NCBI GenBank assembly: GCA_013265495.1
Contig: MU058103.1
Location: forward strand, 814,870-878,869
Length of the DNA stretch: 64,000 nt
Source of the DNA: Vicugna vicugna
Lineage: Eukaryota
Reading direction: 5' to 3'
This document shows, in pieces, positions 49,421 through 62,029 of this stretch (positions are counted from its first letter, which is position 1; every line of letters starts with the position of its first letter). A program made the translations under genes and the position numbers. The notes under the pieces are model-generated. The model was given only the letters and a program-made list of their open reading frames with translations. It ran no database searches and was not told the origin of the DNA.

Positions 49421-51175
49421 TTGATAAAGGAGCTTATCTGTTTCAATATCCGTAGAGGTGCAAATCTTTGCTTGGTGGCATTGTGGGACTGTTTTTCTAT
49501 GTATTGTGACCACATTTGTTTTGCATTTTAGCCCATTACCATAATAATAACTCTCCATTTGCAGCTTATGCATTTGAAAATAAATTGCCTTGCCTAGGAA
49601 GTAGAGGGAGGGAATGCTATTAAGTGACCGTAATTGTTATTACTTTAATAATCACCTGTATATTATAAAATCTGAACAGAAAAATTCAACTAAAAGAGCT
49701 GAAATACTTAGTCCATTACTGAGTATGTTTTCTTGGTGGAATGATATTTTTACAGAAAAATATTTTCCTATTTCACTAAACTATGTTTTATTTAACATGA
49801 GCATGAATATATCCTGAGGTGGGCTTGAAAAGTAACAGAAGTAGTCAAATGCCAAAAAATTATCCCAGCTCTGGAGCTAAAATTATACAAAGAATAGAGT
49901 AATGGCATTGGGGACAAGGGCAGAATATGACTGTGATTTCTCTTTTGTACACATCTGTGCATAAAAGCCATTTAGCATGTTTAGAATGTCTACCTTTCCT
50001 CCAACATCTTGGCTAACTCTCATCTCACCTATTCCTTAGGGCAGCCCTTCTCTTTGAAGCTTCCCTCGCATTTGCTCAGTGTTGCCATTTTTGCTTCCAT
50101 CTCATTTTACGATGATTACTTGTAGGTCTATAATTTATATTAACTGATGAACCTTTCTAAGTCAGGGACATTGTCTTATCCATCCTTGTGTTTTCCAGGG
50201 CCTGGTACATTGCCTGTTTCATGGGAAGTACTCAATAAATGTTAAAGTGACATATCCCAATTATGGTCCTAATGATTGGATGTAACTCAACAGTCATAAG
50301 GTTTCTGATTTTATACTAGATTATTTATTTGGTTGGTTACAAGGAAACTAGATTTAATAAATTTTAAATTCCTTGGGAACATGAGCCATATAATATTCAG
50401 CTTTATACTGCTTTATTACTTATGTAAGTGAAAGATGGTGCTCCTTGTGTTCTATACAGTTACAAAAATTATAAAACATCATTAATGCTATATAATAACT
50501 ATTTGCTCTCATTTTCTGAACCCTCTCCATTTCAGATGGTAAGTTAATTTTATTCTCACCTAATAGATACTGAGAAAGATAGAAATATTTATTTTTCTTC
50601 TTTTTTGTTTTTAGTATTTAAGAAGTACTGTCTTTTATTAAGTACCTACTATACACTGGGAATTTTTCATAAATTATTTCTACTTTTCACAAGAACACCT
50701 CAAAGCATGCAAAATCTGGAATAGTGTGGAGGTAAGAAAGAAAATGAAGTTAGATTATAAAGAAAATTTTAAGTCCTTTATATGGGCAAAGGTATTGGGC
50801 TCTATCTTGAGGATAAGAAGATACTGAAGGATTGTAAGTAGAAAAGTAACAGTCTGGTGTTTCAAAGCAAAAGCTCTGCAGGAAGAAACTGGTGTATCTA
50901 TTGCTGAAAGGTCATTTTTTTCTCCATTAATAGATAAAAAGATATTTTTGTGGTCCTCTATAGTTATTATGTTTTGTATTTTAGAAATACAAGTGAAAAT
51001 GTATTTATATAAATATTTAAGAATAAGAAGATGATTACACAAATATCCCATGCAGAAGAATTCCAATTATTTTATGTAAATACTCTGAGCTCAAGGAAGT
51101 GGTACATAACCTCCCCGCCACACACACACACAGAAATGCAGCCTGCACGTAGTGACTTCCTCTCAAAGATTACAG

Positions 51176-51656
51176 TGTTGGAGAGGAAGAAAACTTTTTT
51201 CTGCTCTTCTAGGTTCTTCTGGTTGGTCTCAGAATTAAATTGACATGAGGCATATTAACAGGAGAAAATGAAATTTAATTCTGTATATACAGGAACCTGA
51301 CATACATGAGAGGTTCAGAGGCAGAAAGATAAAATAAGGTATTATATGCCATCCTGAGCTAAGGAATAAGCTAGGGGCCTGGGGCTTCCAAGGACAGGAA
51401 GGTCATTCACAGGACGATATGACAACAGATATGTGGCTATTAGATGTTCGCCCTGCCAAATAGATGGGACCACTTAAATAAATAAAGTTTATCTCCGGGA
51501 ATAACTCTTTTTGGGAAAAATCCCCAGTTGAAATTCCAGGTAGTTAAGGAGGAGCTGTCATTTCTCTTGAACCCATAGGGTCTTGATTACCTTCAGCTCA
51601 AAATAATCCTCATACAGTGGTGATACATTTGAGGACACTAGTTCTGAACCCCTACA
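51176..51656 (-). mobile_element. ERV1 solo LTR (MER34-like)
   Basis: tgttggagagg...gaacccctaca. Minus strand starts tgtaggggttcagaa...gaggattattttgagctgaaggtaatcaag. Perfect 4-bp TSD acag (51172-51175 / 51657-51660). Confidence 0.88.
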
Positions 51657-51786
51657 ACAGTGCAGAAAGGGGCATGAGAGGAGGGCCATTTTATAGTGGA
51701 GAAACCTGGTAACCGCTGGTTCAGCCGGGTGATCAAGGTCAGCATCAACGTGACAGGTCGTGTTGATTAGCATGTCCCTTTGATAT

Positions 51787-52298
51787 TGGCAACTGGAAAA
51801 AAAAATGCGCAAACTAAAATTTGAGAATGTTTTACTTGGCGGCATTTCTGAGGACTTCAAACCTGGGAGGCAGCCTCTAAGCTCTGAGAGACTACTCTGA
51901 AGAGGTGAGGGAGGAGCCAGGATATGTAGCAGTTTTGGCAACAAAGACCAGGTAGTTTGAACATCAAAAGATTACTGTTAATTAAAGGAAACCAGATATC
52001 TTAAATTAAGGAATTTGGTGCTTTTCTGTATATGGAAAGATGCAAAAGTCTGGGCTCACTTAAATAATTCCTTTGACTGCACCTTCGACATCTAGGGCCG
52101 TCTCCTGTGCCTCTCATCCTGTGTTTCCCCAGGGTGCACCACTAGGGGTGGCTGTGGTGGCTGATGGCTTGATAGCAGGCATCCTGTTTCCAACCTGAGT
52201 TCCCTCAGGGCTCATCATTGGGAGCGGCTGCAATGTGATGGCTTATGGCGGCAACATACTTTGTTTACTGATATGGCAGGGAATATTTTTCATTCACA
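51787..52298 (-). mobile_element. ERV1 solo LTR (MER41-like, laurasiatherian type)
   Basis: gggaggagccaggatatgtagcagtttt...gaacatcaaaagattactg...tttctgtatatggaaagatgcaaaagtctgggctcac...ctttgtttactgatatggcagg...ttcattcaca. Degenerate TSD atat / attat. Confidence 0.82.
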
Positions 52299-53947
52299 AT
52301 TATGATGTGATGAGAATGGTACTTCACTGTCTTCCTCCCCAAAACCCATAATTCATGTCTGTGAAAAGCGCCAAAAAATTCAAATCAAAGAAGATTCTGT
52401 AAAGCACCTGACAGTACTCCTTAAACCTGTCCAGGTCATTGAAAGCAAGGAGAGTCTGAGAAGTTGGCTCGGCCAAGAAGAACCTAAGGAGATGCGACAA
52501 CCTAAGTGTAATGTGGTATTTTGGTTGAGATCCTGGAACAGAAAAAAGAAAAAAATAGATAAAAAATAAGGAACTCTGAATAAAATATAGATTTTAGCTA
52601 ATATTAATGTATAAATATTGGTTCATTAGTTGCAGGAAATGTACCACGCTGATCTGAGATTTTAATAATAGAGGAGACTCAGTGTGGGGTATATGGGAAC
52701 ATTCCATTACTAACTTTGTATCCTTTCTGTAAACCTAAAGCAATTCTCATACTAAAAGTCTAATTTTAAAAACAGAGTTACACTGGGAACAACTGTATTG
52801 AAACTATACTAAATACTATTTAGTGATTCATTAGTGGATAAGAGAAGGAAAATTACTACTAGGCAAAACAAAATTAGCTTTTTGAGGTTGGGCTGCAGAA
52901 TATAGTATTGGAATTGGTTTTATTTACTGAAAAGAATTCAACTTTTCTTTATGCTGGAGGTTTTTCTTAGAGAGAACATTTGGACATTTGGACCAAACTC
53001 TAGCTGGTCTAGGCCAGCGGTCCCTTCTCTTCTGCTTTGTGACTTTGACAAAGTTGAGTTTGCAGTTTATCTATAAAATAAAGGTGACGAAATCTCTGTT
53101 CGTTTGAAAGCGATGTTAGGTCAAAAAGTCAACCTGAGAAGGACCATGACTCTTCAAAGAGGATTTCAGGCAAATAATTTGAAAACATATGTTAAGAGTT
53201 TCAAATTGTACAACCCTATAGAGATGTAAAAGGAGACCTTCTAAACTTCACCATCCGCATGTCTCACACTTACTGCAGCATTTTGAATACCAAACCCATA
53301 ATTGTCTTTCTAAATATAATTCTTTTTTGGACTCAAACTACCCTGGGACAGTTTTCCTCATGTCAATTGCACACTTCATAATTTATCAAACTGTCATAGA
53401 AAATTTTTTAATTCAAATTTAAAAAGATTATATAGCTTACTAGAAATCAGACCCTCTCTCCTTCAACGTGTTCTCCAGGTGTTTCTAAAAGACACACCTG
53501 GTCCTCACACGTGGTCAAAACGAGTCCGTTAGATTTTCTGCCCTGACTTTATACCCTCTCAAGCTTCTCCTTCATGACAATGAAACCCCAGTGGACATAG
53601 AGATTTCTCACCATGGACTGTACATATTTGCTCCTATTAAAAGATGCAGAACATTCCGAAGTACCAAAGGTCAATGCTATAATTTTAATAATATTTTGCT
53701 GATGGTCTGGCCATAACAGAAACACGTGTAATGTAGAGAGTTACTTATGACTTCAGTTGAGGGCAAGACACATCTTGGAGTCCCTTTCACACTCAAGTTC
53801 CTCCTTCACTTCTTTCTGCATAAAACTTAATAAGATCTAATTGATGTATTACAAACGGTAATAATCTGTCTCACCCCTGGCGCTCCTGCAGGGTTTGGGC
53901 CCAACTTCCCCCCTTCTTCTAGACATCTTAGACCTCAGAGCATGGGT

Positions 53948-54280
53948 CAATAGAAATTCATCTTCTCACAGTTCTTGAGAGTAGAAGTACAAGGTCAAGG
54001 TATTAACAGGTTTGTACTCTTCTGAACTTCCCTCCTTGGGTTCCAGATGACCACCTTCCTACTGTGTCCTCCCAGGATCATCCCTCTGTCTATGTTCTAA
54101 TTTCTTCTTCCTATAAAGATATCACTCATCTTGGATGAGGGTCCACCCCAATGACTTCATTTAATCTTACTTACATTTTTAAAGGCCCTACTTTCAAATC
54201 CATTCACATTCTGAGGTACTGGATATTAGGACTTCAATATATAAATTTGATAGGGTACACAGACAGTTCAGCCCATAACA
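53948..54280 (-). mobile_element. MaLR LTR (MLT1A0-like)
   Basis: agaaattcatcttctcacagttcttgagagtagaagtacaaggtcaagg...cacattctgaggtactggatattaggacttcaa...ttcagcccataaca. Confidence 0.88.
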
Positions 54281-55925
54281 TCTTCTGAGTGCCCATTTTC
54301 TGTCATAGAATTGAACTTTTCCCAGGATGACTGATGGTAGGAATACCCATTCTCTTTGGGGTTTATCTCATCCCTATGCAGAGGAGTATGTTAGATCACT
54401 GTAGTTTCAATTAAAAAGAAAACAGCTGTATAATAATCACAAATTTATAGCTCTGTTCATTATGCCACTAGAATGGGATTTTAGTTAGGCTGTGATACAT
54501 CTGGCCCTATTTCTTTTTAGTTTCTCCATTTTAAAGGTTCATAACATCTCCAGGTTACCTCTTCACAGTTGAACTCATTATGCAGTATTGGAATTATCTG
54601 CTTACATGTATGTTTTCCCAAATAGACTAGGAATGGGACTGGATTTATAAATCATGTAGCATCTGTTGTAGTGCCTAATACATGATAGGTATAGAGTAGG
54701 CACTTGGTGGGATAATAACATTGCATTCACTTAATGCTTCATTCAACAAACATGTATTGAACATCAACTCATTGGTGGGCAGCGTAAGTACAGGAGAAAA
54801 GGCAATTCATCCATCACTTGGCCTTAACTCTCATGATACTCACTTAGTCAGATCAACCCAAGATGAGCAGATAGGTATTGCTCCCCCTCTTTTATATCCT
54901 CATGGAGTTAGAATTGCCACAGGTATCACAGTCCAGTACAAGTGACATAAAGGACAGAACTACGACATTAGAGCCAGCAGATTAGCTGACCTGTTCTAGC
55001 TCAACTACTAAGTTCTCTCAATTCCAGTCTTTTCCTCTCCAACTAAAGAAATGCCTATATTTTTGGTGTCTTTTAACTTAGACATTCTATATTATACAGT
55101 AAAGGAAGTCTTTATTATGAAATCGAGTTCTTGAGCAATTTCATGTGTCACCTGACTGAGGGTCTGAATGCTAAATACTAAATTACAGAGTGGTTCTTAT
55201 AATAGACTAGCACCTAGTAGGAGTGCCTAAGCTTTGTTATTCTTTAAGTTGAAATCATTTCACGATTTTAGTGCAGTCATTTGTTTCATGCCTGAGTGAT
55301 ATACAATAACTCTATTTGGTATTCCCAAAATAGGAGCAAAAAGAGAAACCAACAAAATTTCCTTCTCTGCTTATCCTGTTGAACAATCTTCTCCTATTAT
55401 ATACCAAAAAGATTCAAGATCTATATCATTTTAAAGTTGCAGCCACAAATTTTTTATGCAGTTTTGCATAAGATGCCTATAATTTTTAAGGTGGAACAGT
55501 GTACCCAAGACTCCAATATTTTCTCCATTAGATCATCTGAGCTTGACCTGGGTTCCCTCCTTCAGGTCCCCAGAGCCCAGCTGGTCTGTTGGTCCTAGAG
55601 GGGCTCTGTTCTGAATAGGTAGAATAGCTGCTGGGTAGCCATCTGGTCTCAAAGAGGTTCTGGGAGGGGGGCATGCTGTATGAAATAGCATGGTGTCATG
55701 TAAAAAGCTTGAGTTCTGTGGCGGGAGAGACATGGTTTCAACTCTTAGAGAAGAAAGAGAGGTAAAGGTAATCATGTTCTGAGAATGTAAAGCAAGATTT
55801 TAGGCAGACAAGAACACTACCCCTTATGAAGCCTAACAAAGAACTTTACACCTGGTATTTCCATCCTGCCCTCACCTTATTCTCCATGTAGCATGTTTAT
55901 CAAAAAAAAAGGCCATGTTAAAAAA

Positions 55926-56010
55926 GGAGGGGCTTCAAGATGGCAGAATAGGAGAACACGGAGCTCGCCCTTTCTCACAAATACATTAAAATGTATTTGC
56001 CTGTGGTATA
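55926..56010 (+). mobile_element. Isolated L1 5'-terminal fragment (promoter tip)
   Basis: ggaggggcttcaagatggcagaataggagaacacggagctcgccctttctcacaaatacattaaaa resembles the start of mammalian L1 5'UTRs with the YY1 core AAGATGGC. Confidence 0.65.
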
Positions 56011-56039
56011 GACTCAAAAACAATTTTTTTAAAGAATCT

Positions 56040-56849
56040 TTACCTTTTTATGTGAAATGATGTCAAACTTATAGAAATGTTGCAAGAAAAAAATATTACA
56101 ACACTCAACACTCTTTATCCAGGTTTACTTGTTGTTAAAATTTTATTCTAATTTATAATTTCTGTACATTTTGTGGACCAGTTAAGGATAAATTAGATAA
56201 CTGACAGACATTCAAATGTAATGACATCAATATATTTCCTAAAACTAAGACAGTTCTCTAAGATAACTGCAGTACATTTAAAAACTTCAGTATGTTTAAT
56301 ACTGATAGAACATTTCACTCTATCTGCTGTCTGTATTCCGTCTGTGTCAACTGACCCAAATACGTCCTCGGTCGTGTTTTTTCCCCTCTCAATACAAGTT
56401 AGTTGGCTTGGGTATTATATTTAATTATTATGCCTCTTTAACTTACTTTAATCTAGAATATTTCCACTGTTTGTTGTTTGTTTGTTTTCCTTTTCTTTTT
56501 TGACATTTAGATTTTTTAAAAATACTGCCCCCTCCTTTTTAAAAATAGAATGCTTCTTATTTGTGGTTTCTTTGATGTTTCCTCATGATTAGATTCAGGT
56601 TATATGTGATGTTTTGTCCTTCTCGGGGTGTCACATCTGAACAATAACAATGTCCTTCTTCTCACTGGTGATATTAATTTTGATTATTTAGTCCAAATGT
56701 CAAATTTCCTACACTGTATAATTGCTATTTTCTTCTCTTGCAACTAGTAGACAGTCTATGGGGAGATTTCTTAAGATCATGAAAATCCCTTGCTCCTCAC
56801 CAGAATTTCCCCTTAGATGTAGCATCTTTTGATGATTCTCACTGGAGAT

Positions 56850-56900
<51 letters not shown>

Positions 56901-56932
56901 TTTTTTTTTCTGTGATGGAGCTAATTTCTCCA
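56040..56932 (-). mobile_element. L1MC4-like 3' end
   Basis: ttttatgtgaaatgatgtcaaacttatagaaatgttgcaaga...tgatgtttcctcatgattagattcaggttata...tttttgtgatgg-like end. Confidence 0.8.
56850..56900. repeat. (GATA)n tetranucleotide microsatellite
   Basis: About 12 perfect GATA units inside the L1MC4-like remnant. Confidence 0.97.
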
Positions 56933-57419
56933 AGCAAGTGAGTTATGGTTGGTACTAACAGGTTAAGAATAAAACTATAGCTTAAAAATTAAGCATGAGG
57001 CTTTCCATTTATAAGTGCAATATTTTCTATTTCAATTCTTCTTTCAAAAGCCTATTATGGCCAAGGTGCTAAGGAGGAAACAGCTGTGTGTTACCTTTCT
57101 GTCTCTCTCTTGAAATACCTTCAGAAAGAAGTCCTGCGTAAGATACATGGATGGCAAAACAGATGTGCTTTAGCAGGCTTTACACTGATACATCAGTAGA
57201 AACCTCATATTTTGATAGTTTGCATGTTAGGAATTCTTTTTATGAAAGGGGAAAATGAGTTAAGAATTGAACACAAACATTTTATGGACACTGTTTCTAA
57301 AAGGTTGAAATAGGAGGTCTCTGAGCATTTACAGCTGTGACCTTTATTACTGCTCCCATCCCACCTGCCTGAACTACAGTGGCTTAGAACACTGGCAGGA
57401 TAGGGTAGGATTTGGGGAA

Positions 57420-57630
57420 TTGAGGAGCATATACTGAATAATTATTAAACACCAGGCTTACATGTGGTTTCTTCTATAATTGTGTAAGATAGACCTTTGT
57501 ACCCATTGTACAGATGATGAATCTGAGGTGCAGAGAAAGGAGAGATTTGGCAAAGATTATAGAGCTAGTAATTGACTTCACTAAATTCAGGTTCAGTTTC
57601 TTCTAGAATTCTGACTCTTTTCACCACAGA
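57420..57630 (-). mobile_element. MIR SINE
   Basis: cccattgtacagatgatgaatctgaggtgcagagaaaggagagatttggcaaagattatagagctagtaa. Confidence 0.75.
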
Positions 57631-59009
57631 GGTGTCTGGTGCCTAGTGGATAACTCCAGGGTAACTTATCATTAACTCTTGCCAAGATTCCAGGACCATC
57701 TGCAGAAAACAGGCTATTTGTTGATGAAAACTGTCAAGGGGCACCTGTGCAATCCCACAGAAAAACCTAATCCAAGCCTTAAAAGTGTGCATTGTGTGTT
57801 GTGCTTTCCAAACTGTCTTTGTGTCCTTTATCTAATTTGATCAGCAATGGATTTCATTAAAAAGAAAACACTTTTATTGAATAATTAACTTAATTTGATT
57901 TCATTAAACTAATGGACAGGAAGAGAGCAGAAAGGACATCAAACTCCAGCAGGCTAAAGCTCTAGCAGACTAATTCATTCTGTCGCTTTTGAACTCTTTT
58001 TTGAGTTCCCTCAAAACAGTCATTAAGTTGGGCTGTGTGTGATGTGTTGGGTCACTCCTCCCCTGTCACGAACCAGGTGCCTCCTGTCACTTGGTAATGG
58101 TCCAGGGTCTGCACATGGGTCTTGACAGATTCATCTCATAGTGCTGTGACACTTAATTTCAATGAACAAATAGACTGGCAACCAGTTCAGACGTCCAAGG
58201 GCTGATCTCTCCTTGGTAGCAGCCGCTTGGTGGTGCCTGTCAGGAGGTAGATGGTGTTGGCATTTGGAAGCTGAGTCACCTTCTGGAGGAGTGACTGTGT
58301 TTTCTCCAAATATGTCCATAAAATACTGGCATACAGGAATGGTTTAAAGAACCCACTTATTTAATTTTTATGAAGATGGTATTCATGGTTTAACAAACAT
58401 TTTTTCTTCTTTTATTGAACTAGAGAGAGGGAGACAAAGAAAATGAAAAGGCACTGTGGATCCTTTCTGTGGCTAGATATTTATTTCGGATGCTTTACCC
58501 AGATACCAAATGTCATGAAATCTGTTTTGAAATGCCCATTTAAAAGCCATTTGCTTTTAAGATGTTATTTCATAAAAAGATAGTCATGTCACAGCAGAAG
58601 ATTGGCTAAGTGTTTTCACATTGATTTAATGATAGGTGGGCTCAATACAGTACAAGCCTGTTGAGAGCAACATAATTTAGAGGCTAGATTCAATTTGTGG
58701 ATCTGGATACTTGGTCAGTATATCTAATGATGATTGAATTCGTTAATATTTGAGTCACAATAACTAAGTTTATTTTGGATAATGGTAAATTCATGTTAGC
58801 CAGCTATATACCCGGATCCACATGAGGCACCACTTGCAAAGTGACCAGAATGCTTGTGCGAGTTTGTCAAGGCACTGAGATTTCCTCTAATGTTGGAGAT
58901 GTGCTGGTAATTTTTAAAAAATATTTGGATTTCCTTTTAGTAGTTGCTTGGCAGAATATTTTTGTTATATTTCTTCTAATCAAGTAGAATTACAGTCTAT
59001 TACATCTAC

Positions 59010-59270
59010 CAGCGGTGGAGTTAAAGACCATCTGAATTCTACTCCCTGTTCTGCTAGTTATTAGTTGTTTGACTCCAAGCAAGTCACTTAAGCTACCTGA
59101 GCTTCCATTTCCATAGAACGAGGATGGTGATAGCATCTCCTTCGTAGGCACTTCCAAAACTTAGAGATAATGTGTATAAAATGCCTGCTACAGAGTCTAG
59201 CACATGAGATATTCAATAAATGATGCTATCACCACCACCATCATCACTACCACCACTGTCATCATCATCT
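59010..59270 (+). mobile_element. MIR SINE with (CAC/CAT)n tail
   Basis: gcaagtcacttaagctacctgagcttccatttcc...gagataatgtgtataaaatgcctgctacagagtctagcacat...ttcaataaatgatgctatcaccaccaccatcatc. Confidence 0.85.
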
Positions 59271-59434
59271 TAAAAGCTTTACTCTAATTATAGACATATC
59301 TTTATTAAATTTCCAAGTTCTACTTTCCTGATTTACTTTGGGTGGAATTCTTTCTCTTAAGGCAGCTGCTGCTAATCTAAAACATTAAGTTAAACCTAAC
59401 TTTTAGAGGGAAATGTGTTACCTAATTATAGGAC

Positions 59435-59438
<4 letters not shown>

Positions 59439-59470
<32 letters not shown>
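59439..59470. repeat. (CA)16 microsatellite
   Basis: Perfect CA run. Confidence 0.97.
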
Positions 59471-59471
<1 letters not shown>

Positions 59472-60948
59472 TCAAAGACAGAGAGACAAATGAAGCCCTA
59501 CAAGGTGAACTTACACTTTATATTGGTGTTCTTTTGTAGTGTATCAAATTTGACCAGAATCTAGAGATTCACCTTGGAAAAAAGTTGAATAGCTACCATT
59601 TATGAACACGTCCTGTCAGCCGCCTCATTTTGATGCCTGCTACCTCATTTTAATCTTCTGAAAGTAAGGTTGTTATTTCAGTTCTACATATTAAAAACTG
59701 GAGTTAAGCAAAGTTACCTATATTTTTTAACTTCACACAATTAGAGAGTGTTTGATCTGGGATTCAAACCCCAGGACAGTTGAGTTGTAATGCCTGTGAA
59801 TGTTTATACTCTACCTCTACCTCTACCTCTTAGAAAACATAAACCATGAAGTGTTGAGGTTGCCACTTTGAACCCTATAATCTGAGGAGGCTTCATTTCT
59901 GTTTGATATTAATATATGTTGAACCTTCACATATTTTGCATGTAACCTCTACGTGAAACAGAAGACTCCAGGTAAATCATGGACTTAGAGCAGAGATCCA
60001 ATTCTATGTGATTTATAACAGAAACTAGCCAAATTAATACCTTTCATACTGTATTGTTAACCAACTAATGGCAACAGAGAGGGGCAACTGTAATCCTTAT
60101 CGAATAATCACTGGGTATGACTTTGTTGCAAAAGACTTGTTAACTTAACAGCAGCCCCTCCTAGTCTTTATATTATCTCTTCCCCACTCCAAAAAGCCAG
60201 ATTTACAGGCCTCTTTTTATTTACCTGTGGCCTGGCAAACCAGTGATACTTTACAAGTGGAAATTTCCTTTCTCAGTCTTAAAATAAAATAGAATATTTT
60301 ACATACAGCATTATTTTAATAATAAATCCAGACTCTGAGGTGAATAGTCTACTTTCCCAAACAGAATAGTTTGTAAAGTTACTGAATTCAAGATCTAAAG
60401 TAAATATGGCAATTCCCTGTGAGAAAACTAAAAATGATGTTTCTCTGATCTCACTGAGGTTTGAGCAAGAAAACCCGGCTAGATAAGTATCATAAAAATC
60501 ATGTAGTATCTTCAGCATGCAACACACTTTGTAAGGACTGGGGATTCTCACAATGAATAATATAGATCTCCTAATACTAAAGTCATAATCCAAGGGGAAT
60601 AAAAATTAATTGCAGTAAGTGTAATAATTGATATGACAAAGAAAGCTTAAGCTGCAGTGGGAGAGAGCAGGAGAAGACAGTGAGTTTGGAATTAGATATA
60701 CAGTAGTTGGTTTTGAAATATCCAAGTACATTAAACAATTAACAATTAACTATAAAAACTTAGGAGTGAGCAGTACTTTAACTAAGACCTTTTTGGGGTG
60801 TTATTTATATTAAACAATGTCTTTAGAAATAAATTAGTGATCTGGAGTATCACCTCACACTTGTTGAGCAATTACCATACATCAGGGATGCTGTCAAGTG
60901 CTTATGACATGGTATTAAGCCTTGGTCGCAGTCCTTTGGTGCAAGTGT

Positions 60949-61478
60949 TGTAGGGGAGCAAAATCTGCCACCCACAGATATCTCCTGTGCACGTGAATTA
61001 TTCTGAGCTGGAAACAGTCAAGTCCAAAAAGACTCAGGAAGTCTTTCTTTTAACCTCCTTTATAGCTGTCTAAAGAATTTATATAAAGGGACTATTCTGG
61101 GAATAGAGCTATCCATCTGGGCTGGGTGTGGTGGGGGAAATTCAGAAAAGCCTGGAGATCAGAATCTACTCTGTGTCCTATCATCTTCAGATGGCCCAGG
61201 AAACATTTGTTTAGCAAAAATTTGCTTTTCTATCTTCATGTGAATTGCCTTCTCCCACTTTGAGGTCCCAAACCACTACCCTCAAAATCCTATTTTGTCT
61301 TTAACTGAAGGTAGTATTTAAGGTGAGAATTTTGACCATTTTGATGAGTTACTTAATTCTCCTGGGTCTATTCCATGAATACATGTTATGAGACTTTTAA
61401 TCTGTCTCATGTTAATTTAACTCTTAGACCAGCCAGAAGAACCTAAAACAGTACAGGAGGAAATTGTCCTCCCCAACA
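60949..61478 (+). mobile_element. ERV1 solo LTR (MER34-like)
   Basis: tgtaggggagcaaaatctgccaccc...gaattattctgagctgga...ttaatctgtctcatgttaatttaactcttagaccagccagaagaaccta...cctccccaaca. Perfect 4-bp TSD gtgt (60945-60948 / 61479-61482). Confidence 0.9.
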
Positions 61479-61724
61479 GTGTTATATCTGTTTAGGTAAA
61501 TGAATGCTAGGTGATGTCCAGTGTTCCACAGCAGTTAAGAAGGGAAACTAGAATTTTATCCCATTTCTGCCCAAATTCAAAGACTGGACTTTAAGCAAGT
61601 GGTGTTCTTGGACTTCAGAAAGACAGAGCTAAAGGTATGTCTACAGTGGTGCTAGAAGGGAGTTTGGGAGACTTGAGAGCAAGTTTTCCAAAGTAGGGCT
61701 CAATGAGCTTGCTACAGGCTTCCT

Positions 61725-61940
61725 CTAAAAACTGGCTTTGAAGTAGACTCATCAAGTCAAATTCAAATTTTGCTACTTGCTCACTGTGTTAGCTTGGCTA
61801 CATTATTCATCCCCTCTGAGCATCAGTGAAAGGAATGATAGCATCAACTTTCCAGAAATACTAGAGGGATTAAATTAAAACTCATATCCAAACACTCGCT
61901 CTGAGCTTGGCACATAGTAGGTGGTTTGTAAACATTTGTT
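61725..61940 (+). mobile_element. MIR SINE
   Basis: ggctttgaagtagac...tttgctacttgctcactgtgttagcttggc...ccctctgagcatcagt...ttggcacatagtagg. Confidence 0.75.
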
Positions 61941-62029
61941 TCCTTCTTCCCCACATACCTTTTCCTAAAGAGAGTCCAGAAAAAGAAAGCTTCCTGCCTG
62001 TTCCACTGAGTGCGCCCAGGAATTTAGAT

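Larger units (their letters stand above)
50840..52772 (+). mobile_element. L1MC/L1MD-type 3'UTR, interrupted by two ERV1 solo LTRs
   Basis: gtggagaaacctgg...gtgatcaaggtcagcatc; gatgtgatgagaatggtacttcac...aaaacccataa; aagtgtaatgtggtattttgg...gatcctggaacagaaaaa; gtggggtatatgggaac...ttctgtaaacctaaa. Confidence 0.88.

Noticed and set aside
51558..51944. Longest ORF (128 aa, minus strand)
   Set aside because: Crosses three unrelated repeat segments (MER41-like LTR, L1, MER34-like LTR), so it is a chance frame.
51176..52298. Deleted provirus with two flanking LTRs
   Set aside because: The LTRs are from different families, the first has its own complete TSD, and the spacer is host L1 with no PBS/PPT or gag/pol.
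58240..58260. Possible CTCF site (gaggtagatggtgtt)
   Set aside because: Lacks the conserved CC at the 5' end of the core; too weak to call.
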